Numbered from the whole stretch's first letter, positions 51,046 to 61,817 are shown. The stretch is DNA of 63,977 nucleotides, filler included, from a bacterium (GCA_040757115.1; 18 parts of 18 records of this genome joined end to end with filler, not necessarily neighbours in it), one strand, 5' to 3'. Notes: a model not told the origin generated them from the letters alone. Translations and numbers: made by a program.

Positions 51046-52056
51046 ATAGATATTCTAAGGGATAACCCAGTGGCATTAAATGAGTTTGGCAAGGGAGAAT
51101 TTGAGATAAAAAGATTCCTGGATGACTACAAAATTTTATACAAGGATGTCGAAAAATACCATCTTGCCATTCTAACACCAGGGAAAGAGATAAATGAGTT
51201 TGTTAAGACAGGGTTTGGCAACCCTTATATCCCAGGAAGCTCAATCAAAGGAGCTCTGAGAACGGTAATCTTATGGCATCTCATAAAGAATTCACCACCA
51301 GATAAAATTAATGATAGATTAGACGAAATACTTAACAACCCTAAGGTAAAAAAAGAACAAGCAGATAATCTTCTTGATAAATATCTATTTGGGAAAGATG
51401 ATAAATATCTATTTGGGAAAGAGCCGAACTATGATTTTTTAAGAGGATTACAGGTAGGGGATGTGGAGTTTGAAATAAAAAACCTTGCTGTAGAAGAGAT
51501 AAGAACCTTAACCCTTACTAATGCTGATAACTATGGCTGGAAAAGGTGGCAGACTTTTGCTGAAGTGCTTCCTTTATCTGAATCTGTTAGCTCGTTGGTA
51601 AATATAGAGATAGATAATTTTTTATTCGAGCATCCAAAGGCAAAGGGAATACTCAAATTTGACCATAAAAAAGGATACCTTACCCAAATCCCTAAGATGT
51701 GCAATGATTATGCCAGGGTGTTTATCCAAAATGAGATTAAATTCTTTGCTGACTGCAAAATGCAACCACTTAAAAAATATTACGAAGAATTGTTAGCTAA
51801 AATACCTACTGACCACAGAAAAGGGGTTCTCCTTCATTTAGGTTGGGGAAGTGGTTGGCGAGGAATGACAGGAAATTATTTAGATAACCAGATGTTAAGA
51901 AGATTTAGAGGTAAATTCCGGATGGGGAAATCAATAAAAAATCCTCGTACTGGTAAATGGGAACAATTCCCTATCTTCCCAAAGACGCGCAGGATTGTTT
52001 TTAGAGATAATCAACCAGCCTATCCGTTGGGCTGGATAATGATGGAAGAAAAGTGA
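51046..52056 (+). CDS. csm5: Type III-A CRISPR RAMP protein Csm5, 5'-truncated
   Basis: PYIPGSSIKGALRT, LQVGD, LGWGSGW, FPKTRR, PLGW. Confidence 0.85.
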   Translation: MDILRDNPVALNEFGKGEFEIKRFLDDYKILYKDVEKYHLAILTPGKEINEFVKTGFGNPYIPGSSIKGALRTVILWHLIKNSPPDKINDRLDEILNNPKVKKEQADNLLDKYLFGKDDKYLFGKEPNYDFLRGLQVGDVEFEIKNLAVEEIRTLTLTNADNYGWKRWQTFAEVLPLSESVSSLVNIEIDNFLFEHPKAKGILKFDHKKGYLTQIPKMCNDYARVFIQNEIKFFADCKMQPLKKYYEELLAKIPTDHRKGVLLHLGWGSGWRGMTGNYLDNQMLRRFRGKFRMGKSIKNPRTGKWEQFPIFPKTRRIVFRDNQPAYPLGWIMMEEK

Positions 52057-52067
52057 GGTGTAAATTA

Positions 52068-53030
52068 ATGGCAAAGGCATTGTTTTATCCCATTGGTAAT
52101 AGTGATATTCAGGTAAATTCTCATTTACGATTTGAAAGATTCTATGAAGTTACGCAGAAACTTGCTCAACTACTGAAAGATGAAGTAAAAAAGTGTAACG
52201 GGAAACTTAAGAGGATTTCCCAAGGACAAGGGATTGAATTTCAATTCATAAAAGAAGAAATCGAAGACTTGCAAGGAAAAGCTAATACAATAACCTTTCC
52301 AATATTCGCTCCATTAATGGAACATCTAAAAAACCGTGGTATTGATAGTCTTTATCTCATTGCTACCTCCCAGCAACCTTCACCACAGCGACAAGATACT
52401 ATCTGGGCGGCTGAATTAATCAAAATCTATGCCCAACAGAGTTATAAAATTTCAAAGGTGGAAATTATTAAAATCACAAATAATCCATCAGACTACAACC
52501 TGATGAGTAAATTCTTTAAGGATTTGTTTAAACAGATGTTTCCTGAGATCAATACAAATCTTGAAAATTATGCCTTCCTTACCACTGGAACACCAGCTAT
52601 GACTACTTCAATAGCTCTAAATATGGTAAGTCTTCCTGTCAAACATCTTTATGTTAGTCGAGAAGATTCAAAGATTTATGAGGTGAATGTATTTTCTGAG
52701 TTAAATCGTGAGAGATACATAGCCATCGTAACGCCTCTAATCCTCAATTATGAATATGGCCAGGCCATAAAGGTTATTCAACAGTCACCACTAAGGGCTA
52801 ACTTTCAGTTGGTAAATTTACTGGAGGTAATGAAAGAGCGAGTCTTATTCAATTTTGATAAAGCGATGGAGTTAATCCACCTTTGTCAAGAAGAGCTCAG
52901 GAAGGAATTTACTGACCTTTCTAATCTTGCACAAAAAGAAGAGAAGGCTATTCTCTTAGAATTCCTTGCCCTTATAGAATTGAACTTTAAGAAGGGAGAT
53001 TATCTAATACTCGATGTTCAAGTTTTTTAG
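52068..53030 (+). CDS. CRISPR-associated CARF-like accessory protein (Csm6/Csx1-like), 3'-truncated
   Basis: Follows csm5; PIGNSD, QDT..AELIK, LTTGTPAM; interrupted at 53009 by the repeat. Confidence 0.6.
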   Translation: MAKALFYPIGNSDIQVNSHLRFERFYEVTQKLAQLLKDEVKKCNGKLKRISQGQGIEFQFIKEEIEDLQGKANTITFPIFAPLMEHLKNRGIDSLYLIATSQQPSPQRQDTIWAAELIKIYAQQSYKISKVEIIKITNNPSDYNLMSKFFKDLFKQMFPEINTNLENYAFLTTGTPAMTTSIALNMVSLPVKHLYVSREDSKIYEVNVFSELNRERYIAIVTPLILNYEYGQAIKVIQQSPLRANFQLVNLLEVMKERVLFNFDKAMELIHLCQEELRKEFTDLSNLAQKEEKAILLEFLALIELNFKKGDYLILDVQVF

Positions 53031-53129
53031 TTTTAGGGGCATAAAGTCCTTATTTTTATTTTAGCTCAAGTGAGACAATATGCTGTTCTCCATTTCAAGA
53101 AAGGGGTTGATTCCAAATGTCCCCACTCT
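53009..53129 (-). mobile_element. End of the same IS/MITE as 50924-51044, inverted
   Basis: Reverse complement identity over 121 bp. Confidence 0.75.
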
Positions 53130-53229
53130 NNNNNNNNNNNNNNNNNNNNNNNNNNNNNNNNNNNNNNNNNNNNTTAATTAATTAANNNNNNNNNNNNNNN
53201 NNNNNNNNNNNNNNNNNNNNNNNNNNNNN

Positions 53230-53275
53230 TAACGATAAAATAACCTGCTCTGTCAGGTTCATTGTTTTGTTAGAC
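53230..53275 (-). repeat. Short attC-like site (cut by the contig edge)
   Basis: GTCTAAC AAAAC AATGAAC CTGAC AGA GCAG GTTATT TTATC GTTA. Confidence 0.6.
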
Positions 53276-53708
53276 TGTTCTTTTACCACGAAGAGCACGA
53301 AGGTCACGAAGATTGGACAAGACAAATCTTTTTATGCCTTCTTTCAACCTTTCTACATTGAAATTTATCAACATAACAAGCCAACTTTAATATTTGCTAA
53401 CTTTATTTGATATTTCATCAAATTTCACTTCGTGCCCTCCCTGCCCTTCGTGGTTTAATCTCTTTTAGTCTAACCAGTTATTATATAGTTTCTGTATATC
53501 ATCACTTATTTGTTAAATTTATAGCATAACTTTTTAACGATTATCAAATGTTTTTTTCTGAAACTTACCCATAATCTTAATAAATTACTCAACTTAAATA
53601 AAAAAATGCCGATAACCTATTTAGAGTTTTTTCTGGATAACATACATTTTTGTAATGATATACAGAAATAGGATAATTTTCAATGATAAGCATTCCTCCA
53701 TCTTAGCA

Positions 53709-54527
53709 TTATTCTTCCTCACGCTCAAGCACTGTATAAGCCTTCTTCAATTCTCTTTCCACCTTCTTCAAAGACTTATATCGGGTATTCAAATCGGTTG
53801 AAGGGGATACAACTACCTGAGCAAATTCCACACTGGCTTTGACTAAACCAAAAGCAGAACCGTATGTTAAGGGATAATGGGGTCCTCCTTTTAATTGTTT
53901 AACTTTTTCATAGATATCCTGGATTTCAGGTTCCCAATCTTTGAGTGCTTGAACCTTGAGTTCCCTGGCAATGGGTGGAGACTCAAGGCTTTCTATGATG
54001 CGATTATTCTGTTTAGCAATCATATAGATTTCTTTGAGATTACTACAGATTCCACTACCAAAATGAACCTTGTAACTATGAAAAATTCCATCGTATACTA
54101 TTTTCCCAGCAAAGGGTAATAGTACCGTTTCTACTAAAAGAGGCAAATGAGATGGATGAATCAGTTCATCGAATCCCTGATAAAGCCCATAGACTCCATA
54201 AACCTGCTCTTTCTCTGAAATAAAAATAGCCTGTTTTTTTAAGAACCGCTCGATATAGAACTCTCCTTTTATGAAGTCTCGCCATTTACTTACAGTTAAC
54301 AACTTCTCTTCGGAGAATTGCTGAGGATTTTCTTTCACAAACAAATCAATCAATTGCTGGTTTTTGTATAGTGCCTCACGAACCTTAACCTTCTCATTCT
54401 TAGAAAGTGCCTTATACTCCTCCAGCGTTTTAATGGAAGGTAACACCTTAAGTTTTTGATTGACAAAGAACTGAAGTGCCCACATTATCTCAAAAAATAA
54501 GTCTGCTTCTTGTGTAGGAAGTTTCAT
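53709..54527 (-). CDS. Hypothetical protein (cassette-like)
   Basis: 272-aa ORF with GAGG RBS; LLPFAGKIVYDG motif. Confidence 0.7.
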   Translation of the reverse strand: MKLPTQEADLFFEIMWALQFFVNQKLKVLPSIKTLEEYKALSKNEKVKVREALYKNQQLIDLFVKENPQQFSEEKLLTVSKWRDFIKGEFYIERFLKKQAIFISEKEQVYGVYGLYQGFDELIHPSHLPLLVETVLLPFAGKIVYDGIFHSYKVHFGSGICSNLKEIYMIAKQNNRIIESLESPPIARELKVQALKDWEPEIQDIYEKVKQLKGGPHYPLTYGSAFGLVKASVEFAQVVVSPSTDLNTRYKSLKKVERELKKAYTVLEREEE

Positions 54528-54542
54528 AACAATAAATTACCT

Positions 54543-54665
54543 CTCTAATGAATAGGTTGATTCGTGCCTACCCGCCCTTACTGGCAAGTCTCGCCTGAAT
54601 CACTGATACCTGCGCAGGCAAAGGACGATAGTTTAAGTAGGCGTTGGCTCCAACCAATGTTATGC
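54543..54665 (-). repeat. Degenerate attC site overlapping the stop codon of the upstream gene
   Basis: R'' GCATAAC, GTTGGAG, GCCTAC/GTAGGC stem, TCAAC, R' ATTAGAG. Confidence 0.5.
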
Positions 54666-55208
54666 GGGCTGCTCCCGTGTGCGAATTCTCTTAAAAATCT
54701 GCACCAGGTTCCCGTTCTTAATATCTGAAACATCTACTCCATAAACTTCCGCAATCTTTCGATGATATTCCTCGTTCGTTTCCTCGCTGTGGAAATCCCA
54801 CAGGCTGGATTCGTCTGTTACCAGACATTCGTCGTAGTTCATCGCCAATATCTGCTTAAAAAACTCACCAGCAAGCGGTTCGTATTGTGCGATTTCGACA
54901 GTCGGAGCAAACTCTATTTTTATCTTACCCCTCGTCCCAGGCCGAGGTAGTGTTTTGTTCCCACCTTTGTATTCCTCAAAACGCCGCTTCAGGTTAGCAT
55001 AAGCTTCTTCTTGTGTCTGGCCATGACCGAACATTAGCGGCCAGTTGAGCACCTGAGCCATCCAGGGGGCGGCTGTTAGTCTTCGCCTGGAGATTGAAGT
55101 GTTCACCCCAAAATGCCGGAATCTGATTGGGTAATCCGCCACAGCCCAATCACTCTTGAAGAAAGATAAAATGTACTTGCTACAAATCTTCAAATTAACC
55201 ATGTTCAA
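54660..55208 (-). CDS. Hypothetical protein (gene-cassette-like)
   Basis: 182-aa ORF, LPRPGT, VTDESSLWDF; stop codon inside R''. Confidence 0.7.
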   Translation of the reverse strand: MNMVNLKICSKYILSFFKSDWAVADYPIRFRHFGVNTSISRRRLTAAPWMAQVLNWPLMFGHGQTQEEAYANLKRRFEEYKGGNKTLPRPGTRGKIKIEFAPTVEIAQYEPLAGEFFKQILAMNYDECLVTDESSLWDFHSEETNEEYHRKIAEVYGVDVSDIKNGNLVQIFKRIRTREQPA

Positions 55209-55475
55209 ACCCGAGTTTCATCGCTCCCTGGGGAATGTTCTGTGCGACTCGCTTCCTTCTGCTTTCGTCCTGACAGGACCCGCATAGTAACCCAGTTCAC
55301 CCTCAGCAGGAAGAATTGCCCCTAAACTTTATCATCATTAAGGAGACGCGGAGTCATCTTGTAATTAGTATTANNNNNNNNNNNNNNNNNNNNNNNNNNN
55401 NNNNNNNNNNNNNNNNNTTAATTAATTAANNNNNNNNNNNNNNNNNNNNNNNNNNNNNNNNNNNNNNNNNNNNTA

Positions 55476-56087
55476 TTAGAAGATTATAGTGATAAATTAG
55501 ATGATGAGGCTAAAGATTTTCTGAAACGAATATCAGCCAGTGCCAATCGTATGAAAAATATGATTGGTGACCTCTTAACTTTATCAAGATTCTCAAAGAT
55601 GGAATCCTCTTTTGAATCAATTGTCCCCGAAACAATCATTAAATCTGCACTAAAGAGAATAGAGCCAATTATCAGTGAGAAAAATGTCCAGATTAAGATA
55701 GCCGATGATTTACCCATCATTTACGGCGATAAGGTTAAACTTGTCGAGGTCTTTTATAATCTTATTTCAAATGCCATCAAATATAATAACCGTGAAAAGC
55801 CGATAATAGAAATTGACCAGCCAATGCCTCAGCCTGCAAAAGATGAGGTAGTGATTTATGTCAAAGACAATGGGATTGGTATAGAAGAACAGTATTATGA
55901 GGAGATATTCAAGATATTTAAAAGATTGCATACTCGTGAAGAATATGGTGGTGGCACAGGTGTCGGATTACCCATTGTTAGAAAGATAATGGATGACCAT
56001 AACGGTCGGGTCTGGCTTGAAAGCAAAGTGGAACAGGGAACAACATTTTATCTTGCCTTTCCGAAAAAGGTAATTGGTAATTTGTAA
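55476..56087 (+). CDS. Sensor histidine kinase, 5'-partial
   Basis: NLISNAIKY, DNGIG, F..LH, GTGVGL (HATPase). Confidence 0.9.
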   Translation, partial: LEDYSDKLDDEAKDFLKRISASANRMKNMIGDLLTLSRFSKMESSFESIVPETIIKSALKRIEPIISEKNVQIKIADDLPIIYGDKVKLVEVFYNLISNAIKYNNREKPIIEIDQPMPQPAKDEVVIYVKDNGIGIEEQYYEEIFKIFKRLHTREEYGGGTGVGLPIVRKIMDDHNGRVWLESKVEQGTTFYLAFPKKVIGNL

Positions 56088-56117
56088 CTGGTAACAATTC
56101 CAGATGGAGGAAATACT

Positions 56118-57551
56118 ATGCAAAAGAAGATACTCATTATCGAGGATAATCCAGATGATATTCTGATAATAAAGAGAATTCTAAGTAAGACACCAGAGTT
56201 TGCCGAAGCTGACTTAGTCGCCGCTACTTCTGGTAAGGAAGGATTAAATTTGCTTGAAAAAGGTCAATTTGACTGCCTTATTCTTGATTACCTTCTGCCG
56301 GATACAAATGCATTAGAGTTGTTAAAAACAATCATAAAAACTCATCAATATTTACCGACGATAATCCTTACTGGACTTAAAGATGATAGGCTATTGGCAG
56401 GGGCATTAAAACTTGGGGCACTTGATTTTCTTACAAAAGACCAGATTAATATCTTGCCAAAGATAATATCGCAGGTCAGTATCTCCGGGCAAAGAAGTCA
56501 GTTTATCGAGCAAATGCGGGAACATCTCTACGAAGAGGTAATTGACTCAATGGGTGAAGGGTTATTTGCCCTTGACCTGACTCAGACTATAGTTCTGGTC
56601 AATCAGAGATTGATACAACTCATAGGTTTTAAAGAAGATGAATTGTTGGGTAAATCTCTGCAGACAATAATAGGAAATGAAGCAGGAAAGGTTTTCGTAG
56701 AAAAGTATCCTCAAATCGTAGCCGGAAAACCACAAACCTTTAAGATAACCCTTGTCTCTAAAACAAAGGATAGAATTCCTACCCTTATCACGCAAACACC
56801 ATTATTTGATGGTGAAGGTAATTTTAACGGTAGTCTTGTTCTTGTCGCAGATTTAACAGAATTAAAGGAAATGGAGGCTAAATTAATCGAGGCAGAAAAA
56901 TTAGCCGCAATGGCTCAGCTTGCTTATGAAGCCGTTCATGAGATTCGTAATCCATTGACAATAATTAAGTTAGGAATTTATAATCTTAAAAATACCCTGC
57001 CCCCAGAAAAAAGAAGTGAGGATGATTTCCTTCTTATAGAAAGGGCAATCGAGCGAATGAGTTTTTTCCTTAATGACCTATTAAATTTCGCCCGACCAGT
57101 TAAGCTTAATTTAAACCTGATATCGATAAATCCCCTCATTAGACAGGTTATAGAGCATACAGCTCAGAGAACCTTCCCAAATATAAAATTTCAGCTTGAA
57201 CTATCAGATGAGCTTTCTGAAATAAAAATTGACTATGAAAGGATAAAACAGGTATTTATTAATTTGATTAAAAATGCCTGCGAGGCAATGCATGAGGTAG
57301 GCACACTGAAGATTGACACTAAACGGGTGAATGATTTTATCCAGATAACATTTGAGGATACTGGGGTAGGGATTCCAGAGAAAAATCTAAGTGAGATATT
57401 CAACCCTTTTTTTACCACCAAAAAGGATAAGGGCACGGGATTAGGGCTGGCAATCTGCAAACGCATCATCGAGACACATCAGGGAGAGATTAAGGTAGAG
57501 AGTAAGGTTGGGCAGGGAGCAAGTTTTTATGTTCTCCTGCCGGTAACATAA
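56118..57551 (+). CDS. Hybrid response regulator-PAS-histidine kinase
   Basis: REC (IIEDN, LDY), PAS, HEIRNP, NLIKNA, DTGVG, GTGLGL. Confidence 0.92.
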   Translation: MQKKILIIEDNPDDILIIKRILSKTPEFAEADLVAATSGKEGLNLLEKGQFDCLILDYLLPDTNALELLKTIIKTHQYLPTIILTGLKDDRLLAGALKLGALDFLTKDQINILPKIISQVSISGQRSQFIEQMREHLYEEVIDSMGEGLFALDLTQTIVLVNQRLIQLIGFKEDELLGKSLQTIIGNEAGKVFVEKYPQIVAGKPQTFKITLVSKTKDRIPTLITQTPLFDGEGNFNGSLVLVADLTELKEMEAKLIEAEKLAAMAQLAYEAVHEIRNPLTIIKLGIYNLKNTLPPEKRSEDDFLLIERAIERMSFFLNDLLNFARPVKLNLNLISINPLIRQVIEHTAQRTFPNIKFQLELSDELSEIKIDYERIKQVFINLIKNACEAMHEVGTLKIDTKRVNDFIQITFEDTGVGIPEKNLSEIFNPFFTTKKDKGTGLGLAICKRIIETHQGEIKVESKVGQGASFYVLLPVT

Positions 57552-57702
57552 GCCTGTCCCACATTTTTTACTGGACACCGTGAAGAGTAATAATTCACAA
57601 TTNNNNNNNNNNNNNNNNNNNNNNNNNNNNNNNNNNNNNNNNNNNNTTAATTAATTAANNNNNNNNNNNNNNNNNNNNNNNNNNNNNNNNNNNNNNNNNN
57701 NN

Positions 57703-58061
57703 TGTTGTGCCTCGTGGTGTTGAACTCGCAAAGCACTTTGCTGACCAGGAATAATAGTTGATTTTCCATCCGAAGTTTCTCCATTAGAACAGATATATCG
57801 CCTGTTTTGACATAAATTGCATCCTTCATTAGACTTATTTAGATGAACAATTTCTTTACTTATCTTCTCGTTATTTATCAAGAAATTAAATATAGAATGA
57901 AAAGAGCCTATTTGCCAACTACGAGGATTACTTTCTGCTGGATTTTGAGGGAAATTAGTTCGGCTAAGAGGCAAGGAGTTAGTAGTTCGGTTATTTAAAT
58001 GAAAATATACCCGATAAGCGCCACTAATTCGACTTACAGCATCAACCCCTGAAATTTCCAT
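57703..58061 (-). CDS. Hypothetical protein, 3'-partial
   Basis: GGAGG RBS and ATG; runs off contig. Confidence 0.4.
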
Positions 58062-58294
58062 TTTCTAAAACCTCCAATAGAGTTCTGCAAAACTAAGAAA
58101 CTGTAGTTTTTAAGCGGGTATTTAAAACCTCTATTTTTATCAATTTCCTCCAAAGAGCAAAATGCAAAACTCGTTTATAGTTTATGGTTTATAGTTTATA
58201 GTCTATAGTCTATAGTCCTTCAACTATCAACTATCAACTATCTACGGTTTCTCCCCCAAATCCTATTTTGCAGAACCCTAGTAAACAGTTACCC

Positions 58295-58963
58295 TTAAAT
58301 CAACTCTTTAAGCAGGCGGAAGAAGAAGAGATGTGCTCTTCTGAAAGTTGGTAATTTAGAGTTACCCCATTTTCGTTCATATTCATGACTTGGCACTTCA
58401 CAAATCCGATAGCCTTTTTTTAAACATTTCATTATCATTTCATGTTCAATATCAAACTGATTGGCTTTAAGATTCAGGTTTAAAGCAACACCTTTCTTAA
58501 TTGCCCGAAAGCCATTAAGGCAATCCGTTAATGTTGTTTTAAACCGGAGGTTAATAATCAAGGTAATTAATCCTCCGCCAACCATTCGGACATAATTAGA
58601 GAAATTTCCATGAAACTCATCACTTCCGCCTAACATTCGAGAGGCAATAACCAAATCTGCCTTATTTTGAATGATAGGTTCAATCAATCCGGGAATATCC
58701 TTTGGTTCATGAGAACCATCCGCATCGATAAACGCAACAATATCGTTTTTTGCCACTGATATTCCGACTCGATATGCGTCTCCTTTCCCCTTTTTATTAT
58801 CTAAAATTACCTTTACCCCGGATTGGGAGGCAATTTCGCAGGTATTATCCGTTGAATGACCATCAACCACAATAACTTCATCGGCATAAGGTCTTACCTG
58901 TTCAATAATCTGTTTAATCCCTTCTGATTCATTCCGTGTTGGAATAATGACTGAAGTTTTCAT
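58295..58963 (-). CDS. GT2 glycosyltransferase (DPM1-like)
   Basis: SVIIP..NE, VVDGHSTD, DADGSH, GFRA. Confidence 0.92.
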   Translation of the reverse strand: MKTSVIIPTRNESEGIKQIIEQVRPYADEVIVVDGHSTDNTCEIASQSGVKVILDNKKGKGDAYRVGISVAKNDIVAFIDADGSHEPKDIPGLIEPIIQNKADLVIASRMLGGSDEFHGNFSNYVRMVGGGLITLIINLRFKTTLTDCLNGFRAIKKGVALNLNLKANQFDIEHEMIMKCLKKGYRICEVPSHEYERKWGNSKLPTFRRAHLFFFRLLKELI

Positions 58964-59021
58964 CTTGTTACCTCTTTATAATTCCCAGGGCACAAAGAAT
59001 TATAAAATAAATCTTTCAATT

Positions 59022-59435
59022 TCATCCCTCAAGCCAATTCTCGACCCTTAAACCTTTTATCCGATTGAAATGCTTGATATTCCCTGTGACCAGAGTGGCA
59101 TCATTTACTAAAGATATAGCGGCTATTCTTATATCTGGCTCTGCAAGTAATTCTCCTCTGGTTTCCAATTCTGTTCGAATCCGTCCATATTCTCTTGCTG
59201 TGTTTTCATCAAATGAAAGAATTCCACATAGAGAAGGGAATACTTCTTCTTCTATCTTTTTTATAATGAGCTGAGGATAAGGTGACTTGAAAGCCCCATA
59301 ATACATCTCTCCGACGGTAATGCTTGATGTGTACTGGAATTGAGGAGGTAAATCTTTAAGCCTTTCAATAAGAGCAGAGGAAGGATTCCTTTTCATTAGG
59401 TTACTCAAGATATCCGTATCAAAGAGATATTTCAT
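59022..59435 (-). CDS. vapC: VapC PIN-domain toxin
   Basis: YLFDTD, EMYYG, DIRIAA, VTGNIKHF, ENW. Confidence 0.9.
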   Translation of the reverse strand: MKYLFDTDILSNLMKRNPSSALIERLKDLPPQFQYTSSITVGEMYYGAFKSPYPQLIIKKIEEEVFPSLCGILSFDENTAREYGRIRTELETRGELLAEPDIRIAAISLVNDATLVTGNIKHFNRIKGLRVENWLEG

Positions 59436-59725
59436 TACAAAATTACCTCTCTGTCCTTTGATTTTTCCCGCAGGGAATACACTCTTTCCACTTCTTTAAC
59501 AAAGTTTTGAGCATCATCGAATTTGCCCACAATACTAATCAGTCCTTTTCTCTCTTGCTTCTTGTTTAAGGAATGGAGTAGATTAAGATATTCTGGCTTG
59601 ATTATGGCCACCATAGGTCTTCCCCTTCGCTCGACGATATACTCATCGTCCTTATAAACCACCCTGGTCATCAACTCAGAAAAAGATCTTTTGGCTTCAG
59701 CAACACTTACTGATTTAATACTCAT
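59435..59725 (-). CDS. Phd/YefM-family antitoxin
   Basis: SVAEAKRSFSEL..IVERRGRPMVAI; abuts vapC. Confidence 0.88.
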   Translation of the reverse strand: MSIKSVSVAEAKRSFSELMTRVVYKDDEYIVERRGRPMVAIIKPEYLNLLHSLNKKQERKGLISIVGKFDDAQNFVKEVERVYSLREKSKDREVIL

Positions 59726-59919
59726 AATTCTTCCTCCCTTTTAGTTATTTTGACATAATGTCATTATGACCTATAATACATAATATCAGATTTAGATAAA
59801 ATAGTCAACTGTTTTTTTTNNNNNNNNNNNNNNNNNNNNNNNNNNNNNNNNNNNNNNNNNNNNTTAATTAATTAANNNNNNNNNNNNNNNNNNNNNNNNN
59901 NNNNNNNNNNNNNNNNNNN

Positions 59920-60112
59920 TTTATGGTTTATGGTTTATGGTTTATAGTTTATGGTTTATGGTTTATGGTTTATAGTTTATAGTTTATGGTTTATGGTTTA
60001 TGGTTTATAGTTTATGGTTTATAGTTTATAGTTTATGGTCTATAATCAACTATCAACTATCAACTATCAACTATAAACTATCAACTATAAACTATCAACT
60101 ATAAACTATCAA
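59920..60112. repeat. Heptamer array (TTTATRG)n followed by the inverted (CTATMAA)n
   Basis: Direct inspection; forms a long imperfect hairpin. Confidence 0.8.
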
Positions 60113-60158
60113 CGTTAAGTTTTTTAGAGAATTTGCAAATTTGCCAAAGTTCAGTATT

Positions 60159-61817
60159 TTATTTAACACTTCCCCTAAAAAATATCCCGGCATCGTATCG
60201 AAAATCACCATTTTCTTTACCCAGACCAATTAAAACCTCAAATTGATGAGCAAGAGGGAATCTCAAACCTACTCCATAGCCCTCAATTTTATCATATTCA
60301 AGCAATAAAAACAAATCCCGTGTCAATTGGCTCATTAAACCACCACTATATCGCAATTTACTCTGGGCATTTTTTCTTAATAATCCTGCCCCTAAGTAAT
60401 ATTCAGAATGTCCGAATGGCAATTTAATTGGTGCAGATAGAAGTGTGGAAATACCGCAGGATTTTTCCTTCTGATGTTCCCGCATATCATAAGTCTGATA
60501 ATAAAAATCTAAGGCGAGGTTTTTTAAAAGTGTATGCTTTGCTCCAATCCCTAATCCCTGGATACGGAGTTCTAACTTCTCTATTGGTGAAGCGGCTCTC
60601 AGAATAAATCCTTCTGGATACTTTAACCCAATGTCTATTTCATTTTCTTTTAGAACATTTGGCGTTTGAACTGTCAATAATTCTGGCGGTGCCTCTTTAG
60701 GTGGTAATGATGGAAGAATAGATTTTAGTTTTACATCTACCTTTTTCTGACCAGGTCCATCTATTATCACTCTGTTTTCCACATCCTCATATCCTGGTTT
60801 TCCAATATTTATTCGATACACACCCGCAGGTAAATTAGATATAAGTAAAGGCGTCATCCCTTTAAGGGTTTTACCCATATAGACATACGCTGATGATGGT
60901 GAAGAGGTAATAAGCACCGAACCTTCTACCTTAGGAATTATCTCTTGTTCAACTGATTTAGGTAAAGCAAAGGAAAGGTTTAACAGCGAATAATCATAGA
61001 AATTTATCCTGGCTAATGTAGGTTTATACCCGGCTTTAGTTATCTTTAATGTAATTTCTTTGTTCTGGACATTTTTGATGATAAGTGGACTGACTCCAAT
61101 CGATTTTTCATCAAGTTCTATTTGTTGAACGGCTGGTGTTGGACTGACAATTAAATGTCTTGTGGTCTTAGGTGTCCATTCCAGTGGATATTTCCTGACT
61201 TTATCACCGACACTTAGTTTTATCTCTGTGGTTGGGACTATTTCTGAAGATTCTTTATCTACTTTCACTATTTTTACATTTCCGGTTGAGACATTATTCT
61301 GAATAACTGTAAAATTATCCCCTAATTTTAAACCTGCATCTTCTCCAATATCAATAAAAATACCTTTTTTATCAATTTCTTTTATCCGACCTTCTAAACT
61401 AAAAACTCGCTCAAAACAATTAAGAATCTGTTTATCTAAATCCGGGATTTCCTCATAGTGGGTATTAATAAAAGCGGTATTTATAAGTAATGAATCCTTT
61501 TCTAAAATCTGGTAATTACCGATAACCAATACATCTGCATCTAACAATTTTCCTAAGGAATACGCCCTATCTTTGGTAATTACACCCATTTTTTTAAATG
61601 AGGCTAAATCAAATACCTTTTTTACTACCCCCTGGTCAATTATATTAAACTCTTTTGCAAGAGAATATGCAATTAAATCATAAGAAATTTGTTGACCAGC
61701 AAGATTAAGTGGGCTACTTAAATCCTCAAATTCTAAGATAGCCACTGTTTTTGCCTCTAAATTTCTGTTCAAAAACAATAATAAGGCTAAAATAAGAATT
61801 TGTCTTCTGAAAGGCAT
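60159..61817 (-). CDS. PEGA-domain secreted/outer-membrane protein
   Basis: Signal peptide, CsgG/FlgT-like N-terminus, two PEGA repeats (ITSSPSSAYVY..GMTPL..KPGY), barrel-like C-terminus. Confidence 0.75.
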   Translation of the reverse strand: MPFRRQILILALLLFLNRNLEAKTVAILEFEDLSSPLNLAGQQISYDLIAYSLAKEFNIIDQGVVKKVFDLASFKKMGVITKDRAYSLGKLLDADVLVIGNYQILEKDSLLINTAFINTHYEEIPDLDKQILNCFERVFSLEGRIKEIDKKGIFIDIGEDAGLKLGDNFTVIQNNVSTGNVKIVKVDKESSEIVPTTEIKLSVGDKVRKYPLEWTPKTTRHLIVSPTPAVQQIELDEKSIGVSPLIIKNVQNKEITLKITKAGYKPTLARINFYDYSLLNLSFALPKSVEQEIIPKVEGSVLITSSPSSAYVYMGKTLKGMTPLLISNLPAGVYRINIGKPGYEDVENRVIIDGPGQKKVDVKLKSILPSLPPKEAPPELLTVQTPNVLKENEIDIGLKYPEGFILRAASPIEKLELRIQGLGIGAKHTLLKNLALDFYYQTYDMREHQKEKSCGISTLLSAPIKLPFGHSEYYLGAGLLRKNAQSKLRYSGGLMSQLTRDLFLLLEYDKIEGYGVGLRFPLAHQFEVLIGLGKENGDFRYDAGIFFRGSVK

